From Alphaproteobacteria bacterium (GTDB lineage: Bacteria > Pseudomonadota > Alphaproteobacteria > JAAXGF01), in assembly GCA_963555825.3 (NCBI GenBank), contig CAUVXB020000001.1, positions 1,664,001 to 1,728,000 of the forward strand: a stretch of DNA of 64,000 nucleotides, in the 5' to 3' direction. Position numbers and translations under genes: made by a program. Below are positions 45,038-56,570 of the stretch, piece after piece (positions within the stretch are counted from its first letter, which is position 1; each line of letters begins with the position of its first letter). A model generated the notes under the pieces. The model saw only the letters and a list, made by a program, of their open reading frames with translations. It did not search any database and was not told the origin of the DNA.

Positions 45038-48000
45038 GAGCTATAACCGAATCTTGACGGGGCGGTAAAAAGTTGTTGGCCGATGGCGTGCTTGTACAGG
45101 TCTTTGCGGTTCGGTGAAGAATATTTGCCTGTCTCCGCGTTGCTGGTGGATAAAACCTGATATTACCTACCCTTGGCTTCTCCTTGGCTTCGTTTTTTAT
45201 GGTGCGATTGCCGCGCAGCGTCGGATATTGAGGCCGAGGGCACGCAGATTGACCACGTAGCGCATGGCCGGCATGCCGCGAATGCGTAGGTGAGCCAGGT
45301 TCATCTGGTACTTTAATCGCGACATGGTCGCTTCTATGCCGGCCCGCCATCTGTAGACGTTGCGGAAGGCATCGCTTTGTTCATAAAGCCGGCGCTTTTG
45401 GTTGGCAGCCCTGGCCGGGGTATATTGAAAGCGGGAAAATTGGCCGTCACGCTTGGCCGCCTGCACGGGACATCGCAGTATATCGGGACATTTTTGGCAG
45501 ATGGAGAGGTCGAAACGGGCCTGCAGCTTGGCTTTGGCGAGCGAGGCTGAAACCGGTTCGACGTTATTGGGACAGCGCAAGACCAAGCCTTCTTCGTTGA
45601 GAGTGAAATCCTCCAACGTCAACCGTCCCGAGACGGCGCCTTTCGGCGGTCGTGCGGGCGCCACGAGATTGATGTTCTGTTCGCGCGTCAGAGCCATGTT
45701 GTCACTGGAACCGTAATGTGAATCACCCAGCATCACCGCCGGCGTCAGCGCGCGCTCGCTCAGATCATCCAGCGCATCGGCTAAGCGATGGCCGTCATGC
45801 ACCGTCATCTTGTGGACCTCCACGTGGGTGATGAGGTCCGGTGTCGCGGCAACCGCCTCGTTACTGACATCTTCACAATAGGTTTCGACGATCTGCGCCA
45901 TGTATCCTTGACCCTTGTGCGCGTTGTAGCTCGCGTCCGGGTCGGCCGGATTGCCGACGGTATCGCACGGCACATCCTTTGGATCTCGAATCGCGGCGCG
46001 CGTTGCGTCACGATCGCCATACTCATCATCAACGATCTCGAACTGATCGCGCAGAACCCTCTCCAGGATCGCAAAACTGGAAAGCTTTGCCGCCGCCGTG
46101 TCACGGAATTGCAGCACCAGGGCTAGGAGATACTGACCCGCTTCGCCGAGGCGCCGTTTTGAAACACTCGGCGCCGTATTCGCGAACGCGCCATTACCCT
46201 CGCGATCGACATAGCGGCGGATCACCTCCTTGCTGATCTGCTCGTGCAGACCGGGATGATATCGCTCAAGCTCACGGGCAAACTTCGAGATGCTCTCAAC
46301 AACGATACCAAGTCGTGTCAGCGCCCGCATTGCCGAACGAAGGGCCGTCGAATCCATGCGTTGGTGGCTGGTATCGACAGAGAACCCCTGCACCAGCCGA
46401 TCCGTCAAACACCGGAACAGCAATTCATCGAGACCTTGTTCGATAAACAGACGGCGATAGTTGCGCAGGGTTTTCTCACAGAAATAGCTGTCCGCTTCGC
46501 TGCGCACGTCCAAGGCATAGTGCCACGCCATATTGAAGGCCAGGGCCTCGACGGTCTCTGCATCGCTCAGATCGTGCAGCTGCTGCAAAAGCAAGACCCC
46601 GATGACAACGTGTAGATCCTTCGATGGTCGGCCCATGCGTTCATCAAGGTGACGGCAAAGATCGTCAACCGGAAGTTCGACAAGCAGATGGTTCCGAAAA
46701 ACCCCGGCCCAGGATTGCTCCATCAGGCGCCGACGTTTGTCCCCGAAATCGGACCAGCGATCAAACAATTCCCCAGTCCGTCGGTCGCGTAAAGTAAACA
46801 TGCACAATTATAATCCAGCCGACTCTCATGAGGAATCGACTTTTTACCGCCCCGTCGAATCTTGTGTACGGCGTTGAAATGAAGGCGGCGTATCCTGGTG
46901 ATTGTTGATGTCACCACTTGAGCTAAGCCAAGGAAGGATACGCCATGAAAGAGAATACCGTTGTTGCTTTTCAAAACCCATCTGATTTTCAGAAAGATCC
47001 GTTGACGGAAGTCCTACAAGCTGGAGCTCGCGAGTTGTTGGCCCAAGCCGTTGAGGCCGAGGTCTCCGTGTTTTTGGGTAGCCATGCGGCGCTTGTTGAC
47101 GCCGCCGGCCGCCGCCGGGTTGTCCGCAATGGATATCTGCCGGAACGCTTCATCCAGACCGGGATCGGCCCGGTGAGCGTGCGCCAACCCCGTGTGCGGG
47201 ACCGGGGGGACGGCGCCATCCGCTTCACGTCGGCGATCCTGCCGCGCTATCTGCGCCGCGCCAAGAGCCTGGAAGACCTTTTGCCATGGCTGTATCTGAA
47301 GGGCATTTCCACCGGCGACTTCGGGGAAGCCTTGGCGGCGCTCCTGGGGAGCTCCGCGCCGGGGCTTTCGGCCTCCACGATCACCCGGCTGAAAGAGGTC
47401 TGGGGGGTTGAGGCGGAGCGCTGGCAACGGCGCGACCTCACGGCCAAGCGCTACGTCTATTTCTGGGTGGACGGCATCTATTTCAGCGCCCGCATGGAGG
47501 AAGAGAAGCAGTGCATCCTGGTGATCGTCGGGGCCACGGACAAGGGACAGAAGGAACTGATCGCCATCGCCGACGGCTATCGCGAAAGTGAGCAGTCCTG
47601 GCTCGAAGTTCTGCTCGATCTCAAGCGGCGCGGCCTTGAAATGGGTCCGCAACTGGCGCTCGGCGACGGCGCGCTCGGCTTCTGGAAGGCGCTCCGCCAA
47701 GTCTACCCAGGCGCCCGCGAGCAACGCTGCTGGGTTCACAAGACGGGCAACGTCTTGAACAAGCTGCCCAAGGGTCTGCAAAAGAAAGCCAAGGGGCGCC
47801 TGCAAGACATCTGGATGGCCGAAACCAGGAAGGATGCCGAGAGCGCCTTCGACTTCTTCCTGGAAGCCTACGGGCCGAAGTACGACAAGGCCGCGGCCTG
47901 CCTGGCCAAGGACCGCGACGTCCTGCTGACGTTCTACGACTTCCCCGCCGAGCACTGGAAGCATGTACGCACGACCAACCCCATCGAGAGCACGTTCGCC

Positions 48001-48220
48001 ACGGTTCGTCTGCGCACCTACCGGACCAAGGGCTGCCTGTCGCGCAAGACGGCGATGGCCATGGTCTTCAAACTATGCCAGTGCGCTCAGAGAAAATGGA
48101 GAAAACTCGATGGATCGAACCATCTCGCCGAGATCATTCGCGGCGTCAAATTCGTAGATGGAGAACGCCAGGATCGCGCCGCCGCATGATCAGCCCATAC
48201 ACAACTTTTGACAATAGCTC
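45038..48220 (+). mobile_element. IS256 type B; transposase 46945-48189; left TIR split by the IS1182-like element
   Basis: Ends GAGCTATAACC.../...ACAATAGCTC; no TSD. Confidence 0.92.
45056..46856 (-). mobile_element. IS1182-like element, copy 3; transposase 45197-46807
   Basis: 1801 bp; same TIR; TSD GAATCTT. Confidence 0.9.
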
Positions 48221-48545
48221 AGGAAGCTGCCGACCGAGCTCTACAAGTCCCTGACCTGGGACCGGGGCAAGGAACTCGCGGACCATCGCCGGTTCAGCCT
48301 GGCGACCGACATCGATGTCTACTTCTGTGATCCGCAAAGCCCATGGCAACGGGGTTCCAATGAGAACACTAATGGCCTGCTCAGACAGTACTTCCCCAAA
48401 GGCACCGACGTGTCGGTATACTCGCAGGCTCATCTGAACAAAGTGGCGCGTCAGCTCAACGAACGGCCACGCAAAACCTTGGGGTTTGAAACACCGGCAG
48501 AGAGATTCAACGCTTGTGTTGCATCGACCGGTTGAGGCGGCAGCC
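48221..48545 (+). pseudogene. IS30-family transposase, 3' fragment
   Basis: [13 protein letters not shown]...[29 protein letters not shown] read from the sequence. Confidence 0.88.
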
Positions 48546-48785
48546 ATAACCGGACATTCGAGGCCAATGCGCCATGTGCCCTCTGACAGCGCCATTAGAC
48601 TCGCCCAACGAGCTTCCGTAGACTGCTATCAACACCTCATTCGGGTCAGGGCGCGCGCCTTCGCCTGGGCGTCGTCCAGTCACAGGGGCTTGGCGCGCAA
48701 ATTGTGGCGCCCAGTCTCAGCCTGACGGCGGCCCGGCGACGCCCTACCATTATCATCGTCCGAACCCATCGAAAGCTGGTACTCC

Positions 48786-50177
48786 ATGAACGTCGTTCTC
48801 GTTTCCACCTACGATCTCGGCCATCAGCCATTCGGCCTGGCCTCGCCGGCAGCTTGGCTGCGGGCCGAGGGGCACGAATTGACCTGCCTCGACCTCTCGG
48901 TCGAGATGCCCGACGAGGCTGCGATGCGCGCGGCAGGCATGGTGGCGTTCTACCTGCCGATGCATACCGCGACCCGCTTGGCAGCCCCAGTCATCGAGCG
49001 CGTCCGCAGCCTAAACCCAGACGCGATGCTGTGTGCGTATGGGCTCTACGCTCCGGTCAACGAAGCGTACCTGCGGCGTCTCGGCATCGACCACGTCATC
49101 GGTGGCGAATTCGAGACGCCGCTCGTCGAGATCGCTCGCGAAACTAAAGCCTGCGGACCACCGAGCCGAACCCGCCCGACGGTCACGCTGGAGAAGCAGC
49201 GGTTCCGCATCCCCGACCGGGCTGGCCTGCCAAGCCTCGCCGTCTACGCCGACCTGACATTGCCCGACGGGCCGAAGCGCGTCGTCGGCTACACCGAGGC
49301 GAGCCGCGGCTGCAAACACCTGTGCCGCCACTGCCCGGTGGTGCCGGTCTACGGCGGGCGCTTCTTTGTGGTGCAGCGCGACGTGGTGCTCGCCGACATT
49401 GCCCATCAGGTCAAGGCGGGCGCAGAGCACATCACCTTTGGCGATCCTGACTTCTTCAACGGTCCCGGCCATGCGCGCGCCGTTGTCGAGGCGCTGCACA
49501 GAGAATTTCCGGGGCTCACCTACGACGTCACGATCAAGGTCGAGCATCTGCTCAAGCACGCCGACGCGCTGCCCGCGCTGCGCGACACCGGCTGTCTATT
49601 CGTCACCTCAGCGATCGAGTCGCTCGATGACCACGTACTCGTGACCCTGGAGAAGGGGCATACGCGCGAGGATGTGTTCGCCGTAGTCGAGTTGTGCCGG
49701 GCGGAAGGGCTGACGCTGGTGCCAACGTTCGTCGCGTTCAGCCCTTGGCTGACGCTCGAGGCCTACGAGGACCTGCTTGAGACCATCGCCCGCCTCGGCC
49801 TCGTCGAGGCCGTCGGGCCGGTGCAGCTCGCCATCCGGCTGCTCATCCCGGAGGGCTCGCGCTTGCTCGAGCTCGATGAGATGCGCGGCATGGTCGGGCC
49901 CTTCGACGAGGAGAGATTGTGTTATCCGTGGCGCCACTCCGATCCGCGCGTGGACGCCCTGCAGCGCGACGTCGAGGATATCGTCCAGGAGGCGATCGAG
50001 GTGGGCACGTCACGCGCCGCGATCTTCGTCCGGATCTGGGAGAGGCTGCAGGCGGCGTTCGACAGGCGGGCCCGGCCGGCGCCGGACATCGCCCCAGGGA
50101 CGGGCGCGGTCCCGCAGATCAGCGAGCCTTGGTACTGCTGCGCCGAGCCAACGCCGCGACAGCAGCACGCCGTTTGA
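48786..50177 (+). CDS. CUAEP/CCAEP-tail radical SAM protein with B12-binding-like N-terminus
   Basis: ASRGCKHLCRHC (CxxxCxxC); C-terminal EPWYCCAEP. Confidence 0.85.
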   Translation: MNVVLVSTYDLGHQPFGLASPAAWLRAEGHELTCLDLSVEMPDEAAMRAAGMVAFYLPMHTATRLAAPVIERVRSLNPDAMLCAYGLYAPVNEAYLRRLGIDHVIGGEFETPLVEIARETKACGPPSRTRPTVTLEKQRFRIPDRAGLPSLAVYADLTLPDGPKRVVGYTEASRGCKHLCRHCPVVPVYGGRFFVVQRDVVLADIAHQVKAGAEHITFGDPDFFNGPGHARAVVEALHREFPGLTYDVTIKVEHLLKHADALPALRDTGCLFVTSAIESLDDHVLVTLEKGHTREDVFAVVELCRAEGLTLVPTFVAFSPWLTLEAYEDLLETIARLGLVEAVGPVQLAIRLLIPEGSRLLELDEMRGMVGPFDEERLCYPWRHSDPRVDALQRDVEDIVQEAIEVGTSRAAIFVRIWERLQAAFDRRARPAPDIAPGTGAVPQISEPWYCCAEPTPRQQHAV

Positions 50178-50257
50178 CGTCGGTAGGGCGCCCAGAATCA
50201 TGGAAGCCTGCTTCGGGTTACCTCCGGACATAAAGCCACGTCGCTCCCGCTGCCGCC

Positions 50258-50810
50258 TGTGTGGATGGCTCCCGCGTTGCAAGGACTTTTTTCGGCGTAG
50301 CGACCTAGTCAGGTACAGTCTTGTGTCCGGCCTGTTGATGCGGTTTTGTTGAACCGCTGGCCCTGATGGTATCCGTGGATCGGGTCCCTATCTGCTTAGC
50401 GGGCTCGAACACCCAGGACATTCGTCGGGTTGTCCGCTTAGCGGGCTCGAACACCCAGGACATTGGTCGGGTTGTCCCGATCCCCGGTCTGACCGGTTCG
50501 CCATCACGTCTCGTCGTCCTTGCAATCGTCGAAAGCGTTGTGCCTTCGAGCGATCAATTGGTCATGCGGTCTCCTCAGTTGCGGGTCGGTGAGCGCGGTA
50601 GGCCTCGCCACGGGTCATGATGACCCAGGCGATCCGCGCGGCCTTGTTGGCCCCAATTGGTAAGGTCATGGCCACGGCGACCAGCTTGTTGGGCTTGCTT
50701 ACCAGCAAGTTGGTGATCCAGGGGTGAACCTCGGGCTTGCGCCGTGCCGATTGAAGCTGTGATGTCATGCCGATCACCAGCAGACGGCGAAGACAACGGC
50801 GACGCCGCCA
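50258..50810 (-). mobile_element. IS110/IS1111 remnant: transposase C-terminus (50562-~50795) plus 3' non-coding end
   Basis: LRRLLVIG...VAVAM..ANKAARIAW; right end GGGAGCCATCCACACA on the minus strand. Confidence 0.8.
50394..50477. repeat. 42-bp tandem duplication (1 mismatch) inside the IS110 remnant's non-coding end
   Basis: GCTTAGCGGGCTCGAACACCCAGGACATT(C/G)GTCGGGTTGTCC twice. Confidence 0.95.
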
Positions 50811-51458
50811 CCTTAGCCCGCATTTCCCAAGTATCGTCGATATTCAGTGCGGCGAGAAGGCGATTCTGCTATAAGAATCATGAAGTTGTAGCATACATGG
50901 AGCGGCGGATATGGCACACCCGATGGGTGAATCGAAACCGGGGTGCCTTCGGGTCGTTTTTGACCGTCGATTGAAGCTTGAATTCCACGGTTCCAAGATC
51001 ACCTCTGATGCCGGGTTGCTCGCCTACCGGGAGCTTGACGATGCCCTCGGCCTGACTGAGATGGCCGAGGGTGTTTTCCAGGATAGCCGTACCGGCAAGA
51101 ACGGATGGCACGGCATGACGGGTCAGTTTCGCCAGTCCGTTTTCGGGCGCCTTGGCGGCTATGACGATGTGAACGACGCCGACCGTCTGGGACGCGATCC
51201 CGCCATGCGCTGGATTGTTGGCGGCAAGGCCATCGAAAGACAGGCCGCTTCCACCAGCCAGATGGGACGCTTCGAGACGGAGCTATTGGCCACCGACGAG
51301 AACGTTGAAGCCTTGGTCGACATGAACGGGGTGTGGATCGACAAGGTTCATGACCGCCATCCGCCGAAGATGATCATTCTCGACATGGACAGCAGCGTCA
51401 GCCCGACCCATGGCGAACAAGAGGGAACAGCGTACAATGGTCACTTCGGCTGTACCTG

Positions 51459-52643
51459 CTAGTGTCCTGATCGATAAATTGATATGATTATGTCTCTATT
51501 TGTTTTTAGGAGGCGCGATTGATGGCGAGAGTGGCGGTGACGATCTCTTTGAGCGATGACGAGCGCGCCGAATTGGAGGCGCTGTCTCGTCGTCGCAAGA
51601 CGTCGCAGGGGCTTGCGCGGCGGGCTCGGATCGTCTTGGCGGCGGCGGAAGGGTTGGAGAACAAGGAGATCGCCGTTCGTCTCGAGGCGAGCGCGGACAC
51701 CGTGGGCAAGTGGCGTCGCCGCTATGCGGCGGAGGGCCTCGACGGTCTGTACGACGAACCCCGCCCCGGCGCGCCGCGTCAAATCGGCGATGACGCCATC
51801 GCGGAAGCGGTCCGGCTGACGCTGGAAGAGACGCCGCCGGACGCGACCCATTGGAGCCTTCGCTCGATGGCGCGGGCGAGCGGCCACGCGCCCTCGACCA
51901 TTCATCGCATCTGGCGGGCCTTCGGCTTGCAGCCGCATCGCTCGGAGACCTTCAAGCTGTCGAGCGATCCCTTCTTCGTGGAGAAGGTCCGCGACATCGT
52001 CGGTCTGTATTTGGCGCCGCCGGATCGTGCCCTGGTTCTCTGTGTCGACGAAAAGAGCCAGATCCAGGCCCTGGACCGTTCCCAGCCCCTCTTGCCGATG
52101 CGCCCCGGGCAGGCGGAGCGGCGCAGCCACGACTACAAGCGCCACGGCACGACCTCTCTCTTCGCGGCCCTCGACATCGCCACGGGAGAGATCATCGGCA
52201 AATGTTTCCCGCGCCATCGGGCCCGAGAGTTCCGCAAATTCCTCGACCTCGTCGAGGCGAACGTCCCTGCTGATCTCGACATCCACATCGTCATGGACAA
52301 CTACGGGACCCACAAGACCAAGGCGATCCGCGACTGGTTCGCCAAACGGCCGCGCTGGCAGGCCCATTTCACACCCACCAGCGCCTCCTGGCTGAACCAG
52401 GTCGAGCGCTGGTTCGGGCTGCTGACCGACAAGCAGATCAGGCGCGGCGTCCATCGCTCCACCAAGGAGTTGGAGCGCACCATCCTCGACTACATCGACA
52501 CGACAAACCAGAACCCCAAACCCTTCAAATGGACCAAATCCGCCGATGACATCCTCGGCGCCATCCAGCGCTTCTGCCTCCGAACAATCGAAATCGCTGA
52601 ACAGCAGGCGAAAATCATGCGAACTTCGGAATCGGGACACTAG
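51459..52643 (+). mobile_element. IS630 type A, copy 3; CDS 51519-52643
   Basis: Identical to 2214-3398; inserted at CTAG. Confidence 0.95.
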
Positions 52644-53546
52644 CATCCGCTATTCCTGTTCAACCAGTTCGGCGACTTGGAGAGATGTTCCCTGCGCCCC
52701 GGTAATGTTCACAGTGCCGACGGATGGCGGAATGTTCTGGAGCCGGTGGTGATGCGCTATAAGGAAAGGAAGGTGCGGCTGTATTTTCGTGGCGATGCCG
52801 CCTTCGCCTCACCGGAGATATACGAATATCTCGAAGCCGAGGGATTACTCTACGTCATCCGCCTCAAAGCGAACGCGATTCTCCAGCGGAACATTGCCCA
52901 TCTGCTTACGCGACCTGTCGGTCGCCCGCCCGACCATGTTCGCCGTTTCCACGCCAGCTTCAGCTATCAGGCCGGATCGTGGAACAAGAAGCGCCGTGTC
53001 GTGGCCAAAGTGGAGTGGCACCCCGGCGAGCTGGTTCCTCGCGTCGGTTTCATCGTCACTAATCTGTCGCGCCCTACCAAGCGGGTGGTGGCGTTCTATA
53101 ATCACCGTGGCACGGCGGAGCAGCACATCAAGGAAGGCAAGAACGCCATCAACTGGACCCGTCTGTCATGTCGCAAGTTCCGCAACAATGCCGTTCGGCT
53201 CCAGCTTCACGCCCTGGCCTACAATCTGGGCAACTTCATGAGGACACTGGCTTTGCCGAAGGAGGTGGAGCACTGGTCGATGACGACGTTGCGCGACAAG
53301 CTGGTGAAGATCGGGGCCAAGGTTGTCCGACATGGCCGCTACGTTACGTTCCAATTGGCTGAGGTGGCGGTGCCGAGGGACCTGTTCCGGAAAATCCTGA
53401 GCTTGATTGATGATCTGCGACGAAGACCCGCTCCGGCGTAGGCCGAGGGAATCGACGGCGAGGAGAAAGCGACAGGAGAGGTGTGTCTGGATGGCGAGAA
53501 AAATGACCGAGTGGCCTTCCAAGCGCGGGCCGATTACCAAAATCAT

Positions 53547-54241
53547 GGGGCTTACAAAGAAGGGTTGACGGCTGGATCGAATTCCGCCGGTGCTTATGCC
53601 TGCTACTTGACGGGCTTCCTTAGTAGGGACACGGTGCGGGGATGTGGAAATCACCCGCTTTTGTCTTCGCCTTCGCAGGGGTTGTGCTCTTGGTGTCTCT
53701 CCCTGAGGTCCCCTCGCAAATTCGTGCATTGGCGGAGGCTCTGGGCGTGACCGGCGCAGAGTGGCATTGGTGGAACTATGCAGGGGTTCTGCTTGCCCTA
53801 TTCCTCATGCTGCTTTCGTCTTATCCGGCGTGGAAGTGGGTAACCAAGAACGCCAGAATCAGGATTGAGCCGCCACCGTCGCCTCGTGACATCATCCTCC
53901 TCATTACAATAGCCGTCGCGTTTGTGGGGATCGTTGCCCTGTTTCTGACAACCGACTGGTCTAAGCCCATCTACGTGTGGAAACATCCTAAATTGACCTT
54001 AGACGAGCAAATTCAGGTGAAGGCGAAATGTCGGATCGTCGCGTATGACGCGATCGGTGCGGGCCGAGGTGGTCTTAGGGACCCTACTTCCGTAGCCCGA
54101 AGCAATTACGTGAGGGATTGCCTGACCATCAAGGGATTCACATTTATAGAAATCCGAGAAAGCGACGGCCAATCATGAAACCGATCCTCGACCCCAAGCG
54201 CGACCTTGTGCTGGAAATGTCAACCCTTCTTTGTAAGCCCC
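53547..54241. mobile_element. Non-autonomous IS1595-type cassette (no transposase)
   Basis: Perfect 23-bp TIR GGGGCTTACAAAGAAGGGTTGAC; 8-bp TSD AAAATCAT; absent from the sibling IS1380 at ~9630. Confidence 0.9.
53642..54178 (+). CDS. Hypothetical membrane protein (178 aa), cassette passenger
   Basis: Three hydrophobic segments; C-terminal C...C-LTIKGF motif. Confidence 0.7.
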   Translation: MWKSPAFVFAFAGVVLLVSLPEVPSQIRALAEALGVTGAEWHWWNYAGVLLALFLMLLSSYPAWKWVTKNARIRIEPPPSPRDIILLITIAVAFVGIVALFLTTDWSKPIYVWKHPKLTLDEQIQVKAKCRIVAYDAIGAGRGGLRDPTSVARSNYVRDCLTIKGFTFIEIRESDGQS

Positions 54242-54465
54242 AAAATCATGCCATCGGATGGCTGCATAGGGGATACAGTTCCCTTGGCGGTGGGAAAGTG
54301 GTACGATTTCCACGAATTTGGATGGTATATGGGGAATGTCGGCTTAGTGTAACCACGCCGGGCTCCTCCCCCCGGCTAGTCTGTGCTACCGTCGGCCCAA
54401 CCCGAGGGGATCATCCACGATATGTCGGATGACGATGAATCGGAATTCAGAATAAGGAGGACATC

Positions 54466-55965
54466 ATGACCAAGCTGGGCATGTTCATTGCAGTGGCCGT
54501 CATCGCGGCCCTGCCGATAACCCTGGCCAATGCGCAAAGCGGGACATTCCGCCAATCCCACGACGTGGGGTTTGGCGAGGACGTTATAGACGTCGACCCG
54601 GCTTCCGGGGGTCGCTTTTGGCAAGTCACCGAGAAGACGATGAGCCGCCTCGTTCGGCCAGGCGAGAGTGGCAAACCGGAGCCAAATCTGGCGACGGAGT
54701 GGTCGTCAAGCGACGACGCGACCGAATGGATCTTCAAGTTGCGTGACGGAGTCAAATTCCACGATGGGTCCGACTTCGACTCGGGCGACGTGGTTTATAC
54801 GTTTGAACACGTCAGAGACCCCGAATTCGATTCGGCGGCCGCGTCGGTCTTCGGGATGGTAGACACGTTCGAGGCGGTTGACCGGTTGACCGTCAAGATG
54901 ACGCTCTCGGCGCCGTACGCGGATCTCCCGTTGCAGCTGATGGATTATCGGATCCGGATGATCCCGGAAGGTTCGGCGGACACCATCGCAACGACGGGAA
55001 TCGGAACCGGGCCGTTTATTCTGGTAACGCTCGATCCTGGAGGGACAACCGTTCTGAAGGCGAATCCCGACTATTGGGAGGGGCCGCCGGGTGTCGCCAC
55101 TATTGAGATCATCGGCATTCCGGATACCCAGGCGCGCGTGCAAGCGTTGCTCGCCGGCCAAATCGACATGCTTGGCTACGGTGATCTGTCGGGACAGCAG
55201 TTGGCGCTCTTCGAGAACAACTCGAAGTTCAAGGTGGAGAGCGTGCCCACGGGTGATTGGCAGGGCATCGTCTTCCGCACCGACGTGGAACCTTACACCG
55301 ACGCCCGCGTCCGCAAGGCGCTGCGCATAGCAACCGACCGTGCGGCCATGGTCGACCTTGTTCTCGGCCCCGGCGGCGGCGTCGTCACCTGTGATCATCC
55401 GGTGTGGTCGGGCGATCAATATCGCGCGCCGTTCGATTGCCCGCAGCAGATCGACGAGGCCAAGCGGCTGCTCGCCGAAGCCGGCTATCCCGACGGCATA
55501 GAAATCGACGTCACCACCAGCGATCTAAGAGCCACCTGGATCGATATTGTGCAAGTCTACCAGCAACAGGTCGCGCAGGCCGGCATCAAGGTCAACCTGG
55601 TGAAGGCCCCGGCGGACGGATATTGGTCGGAAGTCTGGATGAAGGAAGCAGCCGTGACCACGAGCTGGGGGCAGCGGCCCGCCGATCAGATTCTAAACGA
55701 AGACTACCGCGGCGGCGCGACCTGGAACGAAACCTACTGGAACCGTGCCGATTTCGACGGTTTGCTGGACCAGGCGCGGGAGGAGCTCGACTTCGACAAA
55801 CGTAAGGCTCTGTACCATCGACTACAGCAGATACTTTACGAGGAGGGCGGATCGTTCATCCCCTTCCACATCAACCAGGCCGTTGCCGCGACTGCCAGAG
55901 TTTCGGGCCTGCAGGCAGTGTTTGCAGACGCCATCCGCTACCACCTCGTAAATGTGAGCGACTAA
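54466..55965 (+). CDS. Peptide/nickel ABC transporter substrate-binding protein (family 5)
   Basis: Signal peptide; LATEW...FKLRDGVKFHDG; GTGPF; RBS AAGGAGG. Confidence 0.93.
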   Translation: MTKLGMFIAVAVIAALPITLANAQSGTFRQSHDVGFGEDVIDVDPASGGRFWQVTEKTMSRLVRPGESGKPEPNLATEWSSSDDATEWIFKLRDGVKFHDGSDFDSGDVVYTFEHVRDPEFDSAAASVFGMVDTFEAVDRLTVKMTLSAPYADLPLQLMDYRIRMIPEGSADTIATTGIGTGPFILVTLDPGGTTVLKANPDYWEGPPGVATIEIIGIPDTQARVQALLAGQIDMLGYGDLSGQQLALFENNSKFKVESVPTGDWQGIVFRTDVEPYTDARVRKALRIATDRAAMVDLVLGPGGGVVTCDHPVWSGDQYRAPFDCPQQIDEAKRLLAEAGYPDGIEIDVTTSDLRATWIDIVQVYQQQVAQAGIKVNLVKAPADGYWSEVWMKEAAVTTSWGQRPADQILNEDYRGGATWNETYWNRADFDGLLDQAREELDFDKRKALYHRLQQILYEEGGSFIPFHINQAVAATARVSGLQAVFADAIRYHLVNVSD

Positions 55966-56570
55966 CCGACGGGAGCGATGCTTAAAGAAGACCAAACCAT
56001 GTGAAGTCCACGTCGATCTTTGGTCCGGGCTCGGGCGGCTGGATGCAAGGCGAGAGCCCTGTGAAGGGTCAGCCGCCCGAGCCTGGGTGAACATCTGCTG
56101 GGGATGTTGCCGGAAACCGAGGCGGAGTCGCTGGCTCATTGCCTCGTGGGTGACAGCGTGCAGAGAAGCATCCACGGCCCCCTGCTCGGAACGAATCATC
56201 GGACTCTTCGCTAACGGGGCGCCTCCAGAGCACCGTACTTCCCACGCTTTTCGAATCGCTGAGACAGCGCCCCGCCTTAGGAGCACTTGGCGCGTTCGAT
56301 AGACAGCTTGAGGAGGACAAGATGAAGATCGTCAGCTACAACATTCGTTTTGGATTGGGCACCGACCACCGAATTGATCTCAAGCGCATCGCCGAAACGG
56401 TGTGCGACGCTGACATCATCGGCCTACAGGAGGTCGAGCGGTTTTGGAAACGGGGCGGCATGCTTGACCAGCCGGACATTATCGGCGGTCATTTGAAGGA
56501 TAGATACTGGGTCTATTGTCCCGCGTTCGACATGGACGCGAGCGAACGCCAAGACAACGGCAGCATTATC

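Larger units (their letters stand above)
50817..54342 (+). mobile_element. IS1380 copy (same as 8083-9724) with nested IS630 and a nested cassette
   Basis: 5-bp TSD CTTAG; same premature TAG. Confidence 0.92.

Noticed and set aside
50131-50150. Selenoprotein call for the radical SAM tail
   Set aside because: Codons are TGC TGC, with no in-frame TGA
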